Assembly (NCBI GenBank): GCA_965662235.1
Contig: CBFIGY010000002.1
Location: forward strand, 1-64,000
Source: an uncultured bacterium
GTDB taxonomy: Bacteria > SAR324 > NAC60-12
Length of the DNA stretch: 64,000 bases
Reading direction: 5' to 3'
Of the stretch, positions 18,544 through 29,570 are shown in pieces. The notes beneath the pieces are model-generated. The model had not been told where the DNA came from and made no database searches. It saw only the letters and a list, made by a program, of their open reading frames with translations. Made by a program: the position numbers and the translations under genes. Position 1 is the stretch's first letter, and each line of letters begins with the position of its first letter.

Positions 18544-18987
18544 TCAAGCGTTACGAAAGACATAGTTGGTCCGGCTCTCGGCACAGAGGATTCCATCCTG
18601 ATTGCTCAGGGTGTTGTCCGAGATGACAAACTCCAGGGCCCCATTCTTCTTGTCGAAGATCTCTGTCAGGGTTTTGACGAAGGTGATCTCGTCTCCTGCA
18701 CAGATGGGCTGGTGGTAGGTGTAGCTCTGCTCAGCATGAAGCAGGCGACGCAGGTCCTGGCCCAAGTACTCACAGAAGGCCCTGAGGTCCAGCGCATCAG
18801 CTTCCAGCATGAACGGGAAGGTTGGGGGCGCCGGCAGGTTCCGGTATCCCGCAGCCTGTGCCACCGCCACATCGGTGTAGATCGGGTCCGTCTGCCCCAG
18901 GGCTTTGGCGACAAAGCGGAGGCGCCCGGCCTCGACCGGCAGAACCACCGGGTCGAAGCTGTGTCCAATGAGATTTTTATCAATCAT
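18544..18987 (-). CDS. MaoC dehydratase N-terminal-like (HadA-type partner subunit)
   Basis: APPTF, LLHAEQSY, PICAGD, KKNGAL. Confidence 0.85.
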   Translation of the reverse strand: MIDKNLIGHSFDPVVLPVEAGRLRFVAKALGQTDPIYTDVAVAQAAGYRNLPAPPTFPFMLEADALDLRAFCEYLGQDLRRLLHAEQSYTYHQPICAGDEITFVKTLTEIFDKKNGALEFVISDNTLSNQDGILCAESRTNYVFRNA

Positions 18988-19258
18988 TCCATCACGAGGG
19001 GAAGTCCCTGAGAGCCAGCGGCGCCTTCAGGGTCGGTTGCTTCCTCAAACCACCGTTCCGGGGGTTCAGTGCAAAGGGCCTAGCGTACACCGCTTTCCCT
19101 AGATCGTCCAGTGCTTCCGCCTGAGACTCCCGAAGCCCAGGGCGTGGGCGTTGAGCTTTCCGGGCGTATTCATTAAGCTGAGGTCAAGCTGTTCACCAAA
19201 ATTGGGCTGGGAGTCCTGCCCCCGAAGCGTCCATCACCTCAACGTGTTGTCCCAAGCA

Positions 19259-19993
19259 ATGCCTCCGTCTCCTTCATCCGATTGTGATGACTCGTCCATC
19301 TGGAACTTTGCCATCGGCTCCAACCTGCACCCTGAGAAGCGGCAGGGACGTGCCAACCTCTGCATTGACGAGGTCCTTCCTGGCAAACTGAAGGGCTGGC
19401 GTCTGGCCTTCAACCTCAAGAGCATCCGGTGGCTGGAGCCCTCGATGGCCGGCATTGAGCCTGATGCCAACGGCACGGTGCATGGGGTACTGCTCCGGTT
19501 CCGTCCGGAGGAGTTTCAGAAGCTGGTGCAGAGTGAGGGAGACGGGCACGCCTACACGCTGGTGGAGGTGGAGGTGGAGTCTTACGATGGCCGCCGCTTC
19601 CCAGCAAAGGCCTTCCGGGCGTTGCCGCACCGCACGCTTCCGGAAGACGTTCCGCCCTCGCTGCGGTACCTGAACATCATCCGCGAAGGGGCGCGACTCA
19701 GTCAGCTGGATCCAGGGTACATTGAGTGGCTTGACTCCCTTCCGCACACCGAGAAACCGCCGTGGCTCTGCTGGATCTCCCGGACCCTCATTTCTACGGT
19801 CATGTGGATTGGGCGACTGGGGTGCCCCAAGTGCGGGTCGTTGCTGCTACGGGCGCTTCGGTGGGTGGATGAGCTTCCGGAACACCTGCACCTGCTCCGC
19901 GTTCCCTGCAACGTGGCCCTCCTAGCGCCCATCCTCTTGCTCGGAAGCCTCCACAACCTGTTTCAGACGCTCCGGCCTCCGCGCGACTGTTAG
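19259..19993 (+). CDS. Gamma-glutamylcyclotransferase-like protein with hydrophobic C-terminus
   Basis: FAIGSNL, GWRLAF, VHGVL, SEG (catalytic Glu), PSLRYL..I..GA; start uncertain. Confidence 0.8.
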   Translation: MPPSPSSDCDDSSIWNFAIGSNLHPEKRQGRANLCIDEVLPGKLKGWRLAFNLKSIRWLEPSMAGIEPDANGTVHGVLLRFRPEEFQKLVQSEGDGHAYTLVEVEVESYDGRRFPAKAFRALPHRTLPEDVPPSLRYLNIIREGARLSQLDPGYIEWLDSLPHTEKPPWLCWISRTLISTVMWIGRLGCPKCGSLLLRALRWVDELPEHLHLLRVPCNVALLAPILLLGSLHNLFQTLRPPRDC

Positions 19994-19994
19994 C

Positions 19995-21251
19995 TCAGGC
20001 GCCCGCTGGTGTCCGCTTGCCCAACGGAACCTCCTTGACCGGGAGGTGCACCACTGCGGAGAAGGCCCCCACTCCCACACCGACCCACCAGACAAGGTCA
20101 TACGAGCCATAGAGGTCGTAAAAGATTCCTCCCAGCCACACGCCCAAAAAGCCTCCCAGTTGGTGGGAGAAGAAGACGATGCCATAGAGGGTGCCCATGT
20201 ACTTGAGGCCATAGATGTGGGCCACAAGCCCCGATGTCAGCGGAACCGTTGCCAGCCAGAGCGCCCCCATGGTCACGGAAAACAGCACCACAGAATCCGG
20301 AGTCATGGGCAGCATGATGAACAGCGCCGCGGCAATGGTGCGGCCTGTGTAGATCACGGACAGCAGTCCCTTCTTCGAGTGGTTCTTTCCCAACGCGCCC
20401 GCCGTAATTGTCCCTACCAGGTTGGCCGCTCCAATCACCGCAATGGAAAAGGCGCCCAGGGCAGAGGTGGATGCCACTCCCATGCTGCGCAAGACGCTGT
20501 TCTGTGGAATGGTGCTGCACATCTCGGTCACAAAAGCCGGAAAGTGTGCGGTGATGAACGCCAACTGAAATCCACAGGAAAAGAACCCGAGGAAGATCAT
20601 CGTGTACGAGGGGTCCCGGAAGGCCTTCTTCAGCACCTGCCCCATGCTTTCCTCCAGTTCCTTACGGGTCGCCGGAGTGCCGCCATTGAGGAAGGGAAGC
20701 GCCAGCAGCACGGCCAGAATTGCCACGGCAAACACAAAGAAGACCTCGGACCAGTGGAAGGACTGCAGCAGGAAATCCGCTGTCGGTGGTCCCACAATCT
20801 GACCCGCCGACCCTGCAGCTGTGGCCACTCCCAGCGCAAGGGAGCGTTTTTCGTCAGAGGCGGCACGTCCGACCACAGCGAGGATGACGCCAAAACCGGT
20901 TCCTGCGACCCCGAAGCCCACGAGCACCTCCAGCAGCTGATGCGCCCCCGGGCTCTCGGCAAAGCCACTCAGGACCAGTCCCACCGAATACATCAAGGCC
21001 CCCAAGATGACCGCCAACCGGTCCCCAAACTTTTCCGCGAGGGCGCCAAAGAGGGGCTGTCCCACTCCCCAGGCGAGGTTCTGGATGGCAATGGCGAGGG
21101 AGAACTCTGCGCGGGGCCAATCAAACTCCTGAGCAATGGGAATCTGAAACACCCCAAAGCTGGCCCGGATGGCAAAGCCCACCAGCAGGATCAGGCATCC
21201 GGACAGCAGAACCGGCGTCAGCAGCCGGTCCGAGGACGAGGAAGCGGTCAT
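19995..21251 (-). CDS. MFS transporter
   Basis: 12 TM; GALAEKFG motif A, GFFSCGFQ, FFSHQLGGFLG. Confidence 0.92.
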   Translation of the reverse strand: MTASSSSDRLLTPVLLSGCLILLVGFAIRASFGVFQIPIAQEFDWPRAEFSLAIAIQNLAWGVGQPLFGALAEKFGDRLAVILGALMYSVGLVLSGFAESPGAHQLLEVLVGFGVAGTGFGVILAVVGRAASDEKRSLALGVATAAGSAGQIVGPPTADFLLQSFHWSEVFFVFAVAILAVLLALPFLNGGTPATRKELEESMGQVLKKAFRDPSYTMIFLGFFSCGFQLAFITAHFPAFVTEMCSTIPQNSVLRSMGVASTSALGAFSIAVIGAANLVGTITAGALGKNHSKKGLLSVIYTGRTIAAALFIMLPMTPDSVVLFSVTMGALWLATVPLTSGLVAHIYGLKYMGTLYGIVFFSHQLGGFLGVWLGGIFYDLYGSYDLVWWVGVGVGAFSAVVHLPVKEVPLGKRTPAGA

Positions 21252-21296
21252 GAAGGTCTCAACAACGGTGAAGCCGGAAGCGGCAGGGAGGCGTGA

Positions 21297-21986
21297 TTAG
21301 CGCCGGGAAGCAGGAGGCAGCACCAGGGTCCGGGACAGCTCATGGTTCGGGAAGGCGGTCTGCAGCTGCTGCCACACCACCACCTGTTTGTCCCGGTCTC
21401 CGAGGTTCCCAAAGGCAACGCCCAGCTCATAGAGCGCCACTGGCACCAGGGGGCTGTCCGGATGGTTCTTGATCAGGGTGCCGAGGTAGTAGGAAGCCTG
21501 GCGCTCCTTCCCGGCAAACAGCAGAGCGTGCCCCAGCGCCGCAAGGAGTTCTGGACGTGGCACCTGAGCGGCCGTGTTGTTGAGCAACGGACGGCTGGCC
21601 TCCGCCGCAGCCTCCGGATTGCCGGATTGCAGCAGAAGCAAGGACTGCAGCAGCACCGCCCAGTCGGTCGACACCGCACTCGCATCCTGCTGCGCTTCCA
21701 AGGCGGCAATGCGGGACTCCAGGCTCGCCTGCTGCGTCTCCAGGTCCTTCAGTGAGCGCATCAGGTTATCAAGCAGGTCCTGTGGGGGCAGGGCCGTTTC
21801 CAGCTCTTGCAGCTTCACCGACTGCTGCGCCACGATGCCCTGCAGGGTCCGGAGCAGCTTGGCCTGGCGCTCGACGGTCTGCTGCAGATCGGCAAGCTCA
21901 TCCGCACTCGCAACAGCTCCTCCGAGACCCCACACGACCAGGAGCAGCACGCCCCACCGTCGCCAACGACGCCTTCCACTTGGCAT
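21297..21986 (-). CDS. CpoB/YbgF-like periplasmic coiled-coil TPR protein
   Basis: Signal peptide, coiled coil, TPR HPDSPLVPVALYELG; follows tolB. Confidence 0.75.
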   Translation of the reverse strand: MPSGRRRWRRWGVLLLVVWGLGGAVASADELADLQQTVERQAKLLRTLQGIVAQQSVKLQELETALPPQDLLDNLMRSLKDLETQQASLESRIAALEAQQDASAVSTDWAVLLQSLLLLQSGNPEAAAEASRPLLNNTAAQVPRPELLAALGHALLFAGKERQASYYLGTLIKNHPDSPLVPVALYELGVAFGNLGDRDKQVVVWQQLQTAFPNHELSRTLVLPPASRR

Positions 21987-21994
21987 GCCTCCTC

Positions 21995-23248
21995 CTAGCG
22001 ACTCCAGACCGGGTTGGTCTCAGCGACCTCCGGGGGATTGGTCGTCACACGGACGAGGCGCCCGCCGTAGGCAGAAAGGTAGTACAGCTTAGGCGTGCCT
22101 GACTTTCGGGAGCTGATCACCAGCTGCTGACCATTGGGAGACCAGTCTGGCTTCTCTGAATCGTAGCGCCCAAACGTCAGCTGCTGATGCTGCTTGCGCT
22201 CCAAGTCGTACTTGAAGATCTGGAAGTACCCGCGTTGCTTGCCTTCATAGGCAAGCTGCTTTCCATCCGGAGACCACCGGGGCGAACTGTTGTAGTTTCC
22301 CTTGAAGGTCAGCCGCTCCTGAGTCCGGGTTTTGGGGGTGTAGAGGTAGATCTGCGGTTCATTGGCCCGGGCCTGGTCGGACACGTAGGCGATCCGGGAG
22401 CCATCTGGGGACCAGACGGGGGAGGTTTCCAGTCCCTTCCCAGTGATGAGGGGACGGAGGGTTCCGGTTTCTAGATTGTACTGATAGATATCAGAGTTGC
22501 CCTGATGCACCAGCGTGATGAGCAGATTCTGGCGATCCGGACCCCAGTTTCCTCCAAGAGGCTGGAAGCGAGACGGGAAGGTCAGAATCCGGGCCTGCAG
22601 GCGGTGGGCGGGCTGCAGCTGCAGCTGAGCGCTGGAGCGCGTGAAGGTGACGTAGAGGAGCTGGCTGTTGTCAAACGACCACTGGGCCAGGTTGTTGGTG
22701 CCAAGGTTGTAGGAGAAGCGCTGCTGCAGGGTTCCATCATACTGAACCAGCATGATGTTCTTGCGGCCCCGATCCGTCTGGGCGGTAAAGGCCAACTGCG
22801 ACCGGGTGACCCCAGAAAAGCCCAGGGTGGTCCGGATGAACTGCTCAGCAGCCTCCAGCCCCATGTCCCGCAGCTCCTGTTCCGGTTGCTGCAGCCACTC
22901 CTGATCAATCAGAGGCGCCCGGCGTCCACGCTCCCAGGCGATCATCCGGAAGAGACGGGGCTGGGTTTCTTCCAGCAGGAGCTTGATGTGAAAGGCCGGG
23001 CCGCTGTTCCGGGCAAGGTCCTCCACAGTGGCCGTTTCCAGCGTGAAGAACATGCTCTGCTCAATGTTGTTCTTGAGAACGGCCTGCAGGTAGAGGGCTT
23101 CCACCGAGGTTGCCGGCTGCGACTCAATGCCCACTCGCAACGGGCGGAACTTCGGATTCGTCACCTCAAAGTAGTCCAGCGCCCAAGCCCCTGACGGGAA
23201 GACCCAGACGGACCAGCAGATGAGGACGGTGAGTAGGCGGCAGATCAC
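21995..23248 (-). CDS. tolB: TolB-like beta-propeller protein
   Basis: Repeated PD40 motifs SPVWSPDG, SPRWSPDG, PDWSPNG; ends PVWSR. Confidence 0.85.
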   Translation of the reverse strand: MICRLLTVLICWSVWVFPSGAWALDYFEVTNPKFRPLRVGIESQPATSVEALYLQAVLKNNIEQSMFFTLETATVEDLARNSGPAFHIKLLLEETQPRLFRMIAWERGRRAPLIDQEWLQQPEQELRDMGLEAAEQFIRTTLGFSGVTRSQLAFTAQTDRGRKNIMLVQYDGTLQQRFSYNLGTNNLAQWSFDNSQLLYVTFTRSSAQLQLQPAHRLQARILTFPSRFQPLGGNWGPDRQNLLITLVHQGNSDIYQYNLETGTLRPLITGKGLETSPVWSPDGSRIAYVSDQARANEPQIYLYTPKTRTQERLTFKGNYNSSPRWSPDGKQLAYEGKQRGYFQIFKYDLERKQHQQLTFGRYDSEKPDWSPNGQQLVISSRKSGTPKLYYLSAYGGRLVRVTTNPPEVAETNPVWSR

Positions 23249-23259
23249 GGGGCGTGCGT

Positions 23260-24066
23260 TCAGAAGGCAATTTGGTTGGGACTGAACCGAACCCCAAACG
23301 AGTAGGTTGATTCAGGATAGGAATCTGGCAAGGATGGCAGAAATTGCAAGCCATTCAGCATCTGCTCCACCGAGCGATCAAAACGTCGATTTCCGGAGGA
23401 CTCCGTGAGGCGCCACTGCAGCACTTCCCCACTTTTGCGGATCTCAAAACGGATGGTGGCCCTCAGGGCCTGCTCCGCCTGATGGAGCGGGACCACCCAG
23501 CGTTCTTCAAAAAACTGAGCGATGCGCAGCCGGTAGATCTTTGCCTCCTGCTGACTGAGTCGTACGTCCGGAGGCTCCTGTGGTTCCTCCTTCTTCTCTA
23601 GGTCCACAAGGTCTAGGTCTGAGAAGAGTCCCTGAAGCGATTGGGCCAGCTGGGCGCCTCCTCCGGAAGCCACCGGAGGCTGCACCGACAGAGGCGGCTG
23701 TGAGACCACCTCACCTAGGATGCTCTGCAGGCTCGGAGGCGCCGGGGCCGGAGGCTCCGGAGGAGGCTCTGGGGCGGGTTCAGGGGCCTTGGGCGGGTCC
23801 GGAGGGGGGGGCGGTGCCGGTTTCGGGGGGGCTGCTCCAGCAAGCAGCACCTGCGGGGTCTTCGCTGCTCCCGTGGCTTCAGGCTGCGGGGTCCGCACCG
23901 ACTCCGGAACCAGCGAGACGTTCATCACCGGAGGACGGCGCATGGAAGCCGCCATTGGGGTCCCCCGGAACTGCATCAGCCCATAAACGAGCCCGGCATG
24001 GAGCGCCACCGAAAGTCCTGCGGCTCCTCCATACGGTACCATCCACCGCCACGATTGCTTCACCAC
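23260..24066 (-). CDS. TolA/TonB C-terminal domain protein
   Basis: TM with SVALH (SHLS motif), Pro-rich linker, SSGNRRFDRSV. Confidence 0.8.
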   Translation of the reverse strand: MVKQSWRWMVPYGGAAGLSVALHAGLVYGLMQFRGTPMAASMRRPPVMNVSLVPESVRTPQPEATGAAKTPQVLLAGAAPPKPAPPPPPDPPKAPEPAPEPPPEPPAPAPPSLQSILGEVVSQPPLSVQPPVASGGGAQLAQSLQGLFSDLDLVDLEKKEEPQEPPDVRLSQQEAKIYRLRIAQFFEERWVVPLHQAEQALRATIRFEIRKSGEVLQWRLTESSGNRRFDRSVEQMLNGLQFLPSLPDSYPESTYSFGVRFSPNQIAF

Positions 24067-24884
24067 GAGAGTCGAGAGAAGAGGTTGTGGAAGAAGTAGT
24101 TCTGTTCTGGAAACAGCAAGCGGGCCCGGCGGTTGGATTCCCGGATGTGCACCTCGTCGTCCACTTTCAGAAGGATTTTGTTCTTCCCATCGACTGAGAG
24201 GTAGATCTCATGCTCTCGGGTGTTGGCCCCCACCTTGAGGCGGATGCGGGAATCGCCGGTCACCACCAGTTGCCGAGCCCGGAAGTCGTACTCGTTCAGA
24301 CCACTGACAATCATGCACCGCAGCTCCGGCATGACAATCGGTGACCCTGCGGCCAGGAGGTAGGCGGTGCTGCCGGTGGCGGTTCCGACAATGACCCCAT
24401 CTCCGCGGATGGTCCGGATCGGCTGGTCGTTGATGTTGAGTTCCACAGTAATGAGGCGGGTGGCCCCTTTGACGACGATCTCATTGACCGCGTAAGTTGT
24501 GCCCTGAGGGTGCACGCACTCCAGCATCGACCGTTCGCTGATGATGTAACGGCCTTCCAGCAGCCGAGCCAGGACCTCCTTCAGCTCATCTCGGTCCCCT
24601 GCTGTCAGAAACCCGACGGTGCCGTAATTGATTGCCAGCACCGGTGGTGTCGGGTAGTTGACCAACGCCGACAGCACAGAGCCATCGCCCCCAAAGACGA
24701 TGTTGAGGTCCACCGGGGTTTCGGTTCCTCCATTCCACTCCAGCGGCAGGATCTCAATTCCATGGGCTTTGGCCCACTCCTCCATGTGGGCCAGGAGTTC
24801 CTTTTTTTCAGGGGCATTGGTGAAGATCCCAATGCGCTGCAGGCGGAGCGGAGCGGAGGCCGAGTGGGACACGAAGGAGTCCAT
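24060..24884 (-). CDS. nadK: NAD+ kinase
   Basis: GGDG, GTVGFL, NE, GDGVIVGTATGSTAY; start uncertain. Confidence 0.9.
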   Translation of the reverse strand: MDSFVSHSASAPLRLQRIGIFTNAPEKKELLAHMEEWAKAHGIEILPLEWNGGTETPVDLNIVFGGDGSVLSALVNYPTPPVLAINYGTVGFLTAGDRDELKEVLARLLEGRYIISERSMLECVHPQGTTYAVNEIVVKGATRLITVELNINDQPIRTIRGDGVIVGTATGSTAYLLAAGSPIVMPELRCMIVSGLNEYDFRARQLVVTGDSRIRLKVGANTREHEIYLSVDGKNKILLKVDDEVHIRESNRRARLLFPEQNYFFHNLFSRLSW

Positions 24885-24984
24885 GATTGAAGGGTGGGGC
24901 AACCCGCTGTTCAGCGGTTGCAGGAGCCAAGAAGCACCCGGAACAGGCTCTCCTTGACGAAAGGGGGCTTTGCTTGCCATTCCC

Positions 24985-25013
24985 CTGTAAATATGGAACG
25001 ATTTTGCTATGAT
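24985..25013 (+). promoter_or_regulatory. Candidate extended -10 sigma70 promoter for ftsH
   Basis: TGc-TATGAT (25005-25013), weak -35 CTGTAA at 17 bp. Confidence 0.45.
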
Positions 25014-25126
25014 TTTGGGAAAACAGCAACTGTGCCGAAAACGCACGAGGCAGAATCGGCGTTTCCGGAAATTTTAGGCTCCGCGGTTCGGTTGCCCATG
25101 AACCTCCTTCTTGAAAACCACACAAC

Positions 25127-26932
25127 ATGAACTCATTTGTGCGCAACATGGGCATCTGGCTGGTGATTGGCCTGGTGATGCTCCTGCTCTTCAACGTCGT
25201 GGGCAACCGTCCAACGGCTGACCGACAGATCCCCTTCTCCGACTTCCTCTCGCAAGTGGAGTCCGGAAGCATCCTGGAGGTGGTGGTCCGTGGTCAGACG
25301 CTGATTGGCCTCAACGAGTCCAACGGTCGGTTCCAGACCCAAACCCCGCACTACCCGGAGCTGTACCGCATCCTTGATGAAAACCAGGTCCGCACTCGTG
25401 TGGAGCCTCCGGATCAAGGTAGCCTCTTCCTAGCCATCCTCAACAGCTGGTTGCCCATGCTGCTGATCATCGGCATCTGGATCTTCTTCATGCGTCAGAT
25501 GCAAGGGGGCGGAGGACGCATGATGAGCTTTGGGAAGGTCCGGACCCGGATGCTGGAAAAGAAGGACAACCCCGTCATGTTCTCCGACGTCCAAGGCGTC
25601 GATGAAGCCCGGGAAGAGGTTTCAGAGATTGTGGACTTCCTTTCGGATCCGCAAAAATTTGAAAAGCTTGGGGGCGAGATTCCTCGGGGGGTTCTGCTGA
25701 TGGGCGACCCTGGCACCGGAAAAACGCTGCTTGCCAAAGCAATTGCCGGAGAAGCAGGGGTGCCGTTCTTCAGCATCAGCGGCTCCGACTTTGTGGAAAT
25801 GTTTGTCGGGGTCGGCGCCAGCCGGGTCCGGGACCTGTTTGAGCAAGGCAAGAAGCACTCCCCCTGCATCATCTTCATCGACGAAATTGATGCTGTGGGC
25901 CGGAGCCGAGGCGCAGGCCTCGGAGGCGGAAACGACGAGCGGGAGCAGACCCTCAACCAGCTCCTAGTGGAGATGGACGGCTTTGCTCCCAACGAAGGCA
26001 TCATCGTCATTGCTGCCACCAACCGTCCGGACGTCCTTGACCCGGCTCTGCTGCGGCCCGGACGCTTTGACCGGCACATCATGGTTCCCAAGCCCGACAT
26101 TCTCGGACGAGCTGCCATCCTCAAGGTGCACACCAAGGAAATTGAAATGGAGGAAGGCGTGGACCTGCAGGTGATCGCACGGGGCACCCCCGGCTTCACG
26201 GGGGCCGATCTGGCCAACCTGACCAACGAGGCTGCGCTCTGGGCCGCCCGGCAGGGTCATGAAAAGGTCAGCCTTGCCGACTTCGAGTATGCCAAGGACA
26301 AGGTCCTGATGGGCGCAGAACGGCGGAGCATGCTGATCACCGATGATGAGAAGAAGACCACCGCCTACCATGAAGCCGGACACGCCCTCGTGGCTGCGGC
26401 CATCAAGGAGGTGGACCCCGTCCACAAGGTCACCATCATCCCGCGCGGACGTGCCTTGGGTGTGACCATGCTCCTCCCAGAAGAGGACCGGCACAGCTAC
26501 AACCGCCGAGGCCTGCTGGGGCAGATTGCCATGATCATGGGAGGCCGGGCCGCCGAAGATTTGATTTTTAACCGTTTCACCACCGGCGCCAGCGACGACC
26601 TCAAGAAGGCCACGGAACTGGCGCGCAAGATGATCTGTCAGTGGGGCATGAATGAACAGCTGGGCCCGGTCGCTTATGCCGAGGGCGGACAGATGTTCCT
26701 TGGCCGAGACCTGCAGCAGCACCGGAACATCAGCAATGAAACGTCCCGGACCATTGATGCGGAAGTTCGCAAGCTGCTCAACGAGTGCTACGAACGGGCC
26801 TGCTCCATTTTGAAAACCAACGCCCAGGCGCTGGATCAGGTTGCAGCCAAGCTGATTGAGAAGGAAACCATTGACGGTGAAGAGGTGGTGCAAATTCTGC
26901 AACACTGTAAGGGAGTCTCTTCATCCGCGTAA
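25127..26932 (+). CDS. ftsH: ATP-dependent zinc metalloprotease FtsH
   Basis: Two [34 protein letters not shown]. Confidence 0.97.
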   Translation: MNSFVRNMGIWLVIGLVMLLLFNVVGNRPTADRQIPFSDFLSQVESGSILEVVVRGQTLIGLNESNGRFQTQTPHYPELYRILDENQVRTRVEPPDQGSLFLAILNSWLPMLLIIGIWIFFMRQMQGGGGRMMSFGKVRTRMLEKKDNPVMFSDVQGVDEAREEVSEIVDFLSDPQKFEKLGGEIPRGVLLMGDPGTGKTLLAKAIAGEAGVPFFSISGSDFVEMFVGVGASRVRDLFEQGKKHSPCIIFIDEIDAVGRSRGAGLGGGNDEREQTLNQLLVEMDGFAPNEGIIVIAATNRPDVLDPALLRPGRFDRHIMVPKPDILGRAAILKVHTKEIEMEEGVDLQVIARGTPGFTGADLANLTNEAALWAARQGHEKVSLADFEYAKDKVLMGAERRSMLITDDEKKTTAYHEAGHALVAAAIKEVDPVHKVTIIPRGRALGVTMLLPEEDRHSYNRRGLLGQIAMIMGGRAAEDLIFNRFTTGASDDLKKATELARKMICQWGMNEQLGPVAYAEGGQMFLGRDLQQHRNISNETSRTIDAEVRKLLNECYERACSILKTNAQALDQVAAKLIEKETIDGEEVVQILQHCKGVSSSA

Positions 26933-26981
26933 CCGCGCGTACTTCCTTGCACCCGACCGTCGTCGTTTCCAGCATTACCCT

Positions 26982-27845
26982 GTGGGGTCACTGAGTTTAT
27001 TTTTTGAAAATGCCCAGCTGCGTTGGCAGGATCTCCTAGACATCACGCTCCTGTCGGTCATTTTCTACCGCATCCTCATCCTGATCAAAGGCACCCGCAC
27101 GATCCCCATGCTCATGGGGTTCGTGCTCCTCCTTGCCCTCTACCTCGTCTCCGCCTACCTTGAACTGGATGCCACCCGGCTTCTGCTGGACAACCTTGCC
27201 AGCTCGCTGGTGCTGGTGCTCGTTGTCCTCTTTCAGGCCGACATCCGGAATGCTCTGGCGCACATTGGCCTCTTCACCCTGTTCCGGGACAACGACCAGG
27301 AACAGCGGACGGCAGTGGAGCAGATCCTTCAGGCCTGCCGAGTCATGGCCCGTCAACGCATCGGGGCCCTCATTGTTCTGGAACGCGAGCTTGGACTCCG
27401 GAACTACACCGACCGAGGGACCATGCTGGATGCTAGGGTCAGCGAAGGGCTGTTGCTGAGCATCTTCCATCCCACGTCCCCGCTGCATGATGGCGCGGTC
27501 CTGGTCAGCCGCAAGGGAGAATTGGTCGCGGCGCAGTGCCTGCTTCCTGTTTCCATGAACAGCCGCATCAGCTCCATCCTCGGCACCCGTCACCGGGCCG
27601 CCATTGGCTTGACTGAAGAAACCGATGCCATTGTCTTGGTCGTCTCGGAGGAGCGGAAGGAGATCAGCATTGCCCACCGGGGCCAACTCTTCCGAGGTTC
27701 CCCAGAACAGATCCGCAATGGACTGTTTGAGATGCTCTCCGGACGCACCCCCTCGGAGCTGCAAAACAGCTTCCCCCTCGACCGTCCGGATGAGGAAGCC
27801 GCTGAAGCCAAAGAGGCTCCCTCTGCAGCAAAGGGGGCGTCATGA
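26982..27845 (+). CDS. cdaA: Diadenylate cyclase CdaA/DacA
   Basis: Three TM, FQADIR, LHDGA and GTRHRAA motifs, VSEE; GTG start inferred. Confidence 0.93.
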   Translation: MGSLSLFFENAQLRWQDLLDITLLSVIFYRILILIKGTRTIPMLMGFVLLLALYLVSAYLELDATRLLLDNLASSLVLVLVVLFQADIRNALAHIGLFTLFRDNDQEQRTAVEQILQACRVMARQRIGALIVLERELGLRNYTDRGTMLDARVSEGLLLSIFHPTSPLHDGAVLVSRKGELVAAQCLLPVSMNSRISSILGTRHRAAIGLTEETDAIVLVVSEERKEISIAHRGQLFRGSPEQIRNGLFEMLSGRTPSELQNSFPLDRPDEEAAEAKEAPSAAKGAS

Positions 27846-28786
27846 AACGGGAAAACCTCCAGTTCAAGCTCATTGCCATCGGCATGGCCATCTTCATCTG
27901 GAGCATTGCCAAACAGGTGGCCGATCCCATCCAGATGAGCTTCTTCACGCCCGTGGCATTCAAGAATGTGGGGCCAGAGTATCAGGTCACAGCAGATCCC
28001 CCTCAGGTCAACATTGCCGTGGAAACCCAGAGCCGCGGAAGCGTCCTCAATCCACTGGAGATTCAAGCCATTCTCGACCTTACCAATGCGGCTGAAGGCA
28101 CCCTTGACTACACCCTGACCGAGGCCAACATTCAGGCGCCCAGCCACGTCCGTGTTGCACGCATCAACCCGGCACAGGTGCGGCTGACCATTGAGGAGCT
28201 GGTCCGCAAGGAACTGCCCGTCCGGGCCCGGTATCAGGGTCGCGTGGCCAAGGGCTACCTGCTGGACACAGTGACGGTCAACCCTGCTGTGATCACTGTC
28301 CGCGGCACCCGCGCCGAGCTGGAACGCATTGAGGAGGTCATGACTTCGGAAATTGACCTGAGGGGCCTGAAGGAAGATGCGGACTTTACGGTTCAGCTGG
28401 ACCTCCCTCGGCGGGACCTGCAGGTGGTGGCGCCGAAGACGGAGGCATTTGTTGCTCGGGTCTCGGTGAAGGGAGTGCCGATCAAGAAACGGTTTGACAA
28501 TGTCCCGATTTACCTTAGAAATACCGCATACGTGAGCCTGCTCAACCCGTCCAAATTCAACGTCTTCGTTGAAGGCCCTGCCAACCTCATCGACGCGCTC
28601 TCCCTGCAACAGGTCTATGGCGTTGTCGATGTGAGCCAGTATGAACCCGGCAGCTACAAGGTCATCCCCCAAGTGGTGCTTCCTGAAGAAATTACCTTGT
28701 TGCAGCAGTGGCCTACGGTATCCTTATGGGTCAAGACCGAGCGCTTGACAGAAATGCGGGATGATCTCCTGCCTGGCAACCCCTGA
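27842..28786 (+). CDS. cdaR: CdaR/YbbR-domain regulator
   Basis: N-terminal TM (KLIAI..AIFIW), repeated beta-rich YbbR units with P.V.V.G; coupled to cdaA. Confidence 0.85.
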   Translation: MKRENLQFKLIAIGMAIFIWSIAKQVADPIQMSFFTPVAFKNVGPEYQVTADPPQVNIAVETQSRGSVLNPLEIQAILDLTNAAEGTLDYTLTEANIQAPSHVRVARINPAQVRLTIEELVRKELPVRARYQGRVAKGYLLDTVTVNPAVITVRGTRAELERIEEVMTSEIDLRGLKEDADFTVQLDLPRRDLQVVAPKTEAFVARVSVKGVPIKKRFDNVPIYLRNTAYVSLLNPSKFNVFVEGPANLIDALSLQQVYGVVDVSQYEPGSYKVIPQVVLPEEITLLQQWPTVSLWVKTERLTEMRDDLLPGNP

Positions 28787-28800
28787 GTTTTTGAGGTTTT

Positions 28801-29529
28801 GTGATTTCCTTGCACGTGAACATCGACCACGTTGCCACGATTCGGCAAGCCCGTCGTGGCAGTGAGCCTGATCCTCTTGCGGCTGCGGCCCTGGTGGAAC
28901 TGTCCGGCGCCCAAGGCGTCACGGTCCACCTGCGAGAAGACCGGCGCCACATCATCGACCGAGACGTCCGGCTCCTCCGGGAGACCATTCAGACGGTGAT
29001 GAACCTCGAAATGGCTGTCACGGAAGAGATGGTGGAGATTGCCCTGAAGACGCTGCCAGAGGTGGTGACCTTGGTTCCGGAACGCCGTGAAGAGGTCACC
29101 ACCGAAGGAGGCCTAGAGGTTGCCAAGGCTCCGGACCTACTGCGTACCAGCATCGCTCGCCTTCAGGAGCAGGGCATCCGGGTCAGCCTCTTCATTGACC
29201 CAACGGTGGAGCAGGTGGAAGCCAGCCACGCCAGCGGTGCCACCGACATTGAGTTGCACACCGGAAGCTACGCCAACGCACGCGGCGCTGCGGTGGAAGC
29301 GGAGTATCAGCGCCTCCACACAGCCGCCGAACGCGCCCATGAACTGGGCCTGCAGGTCAATGCCGGACACGGCCTCAATTACCAAAACACGCGCCGCCTC
29401 TGTGCGCTACCGCACCTTCACGAACTCAACATTGGGCACAGCATCATCAGCCGAGCAGTCTTCAGTGGCCTGCCTTCGGCAGTCAAGGACATGCTGGACC
29501 TGATCCGTGACGCAACCCCGACGGCATGA
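28801..29529 (+). CDS. pdxJ: Pyridoxine 5'-phosphate synthase
   Basis: [39 protein letters not shown]. Confidence 0.97.
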   Translation: MISLHVNIDHVATIRQARRGSEPDPLAAAALVELSGAQGVTVHLREDRRHIIDRDVRLLRETIQTVMNLEMAVTEEMVEIALKTLPEVVTLVPERREEVTTEGGLEVAKAPDLLRTSIARLQEQGIRVSLFIDPTVEQVEASHASGATDIELHTGSYANARGAAVEAEYQRLHTAAERAHELGLQVNAGHGLNYQNTRRLCALPHLHELNIGHSIISRAVFSGLPSAVKDMLDLIRDATPTA

Positions 29530-29570
29530 CGCCGCGGCTTCACCTTTAGCAGGCAAGGGACTGCCCCAAC

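Noticed and set aside
19006..19032. Minus-strand GAAGGCGC...CTCTCAGG upstream of the MaoC genes, glycine-riboswitch-like
   Set aside because: P1/P2 and the GGAGA element are absent and gene context does not fit; likely a simple hairpin.
20046..21296. Long antisense ORFs (also 8918-9928, 25964-26905, 27590-28672, 52058-53092, 48480-49382)
   Set aside because: Shadow frames of well-supported genes, expected from high-GC codon bias; no motifs.
24994..25008. TGGAACGATTTTGC as a sigma54 promoter
   Set aside because: GG-to-GC spacing is 9 nt, not the required 10.
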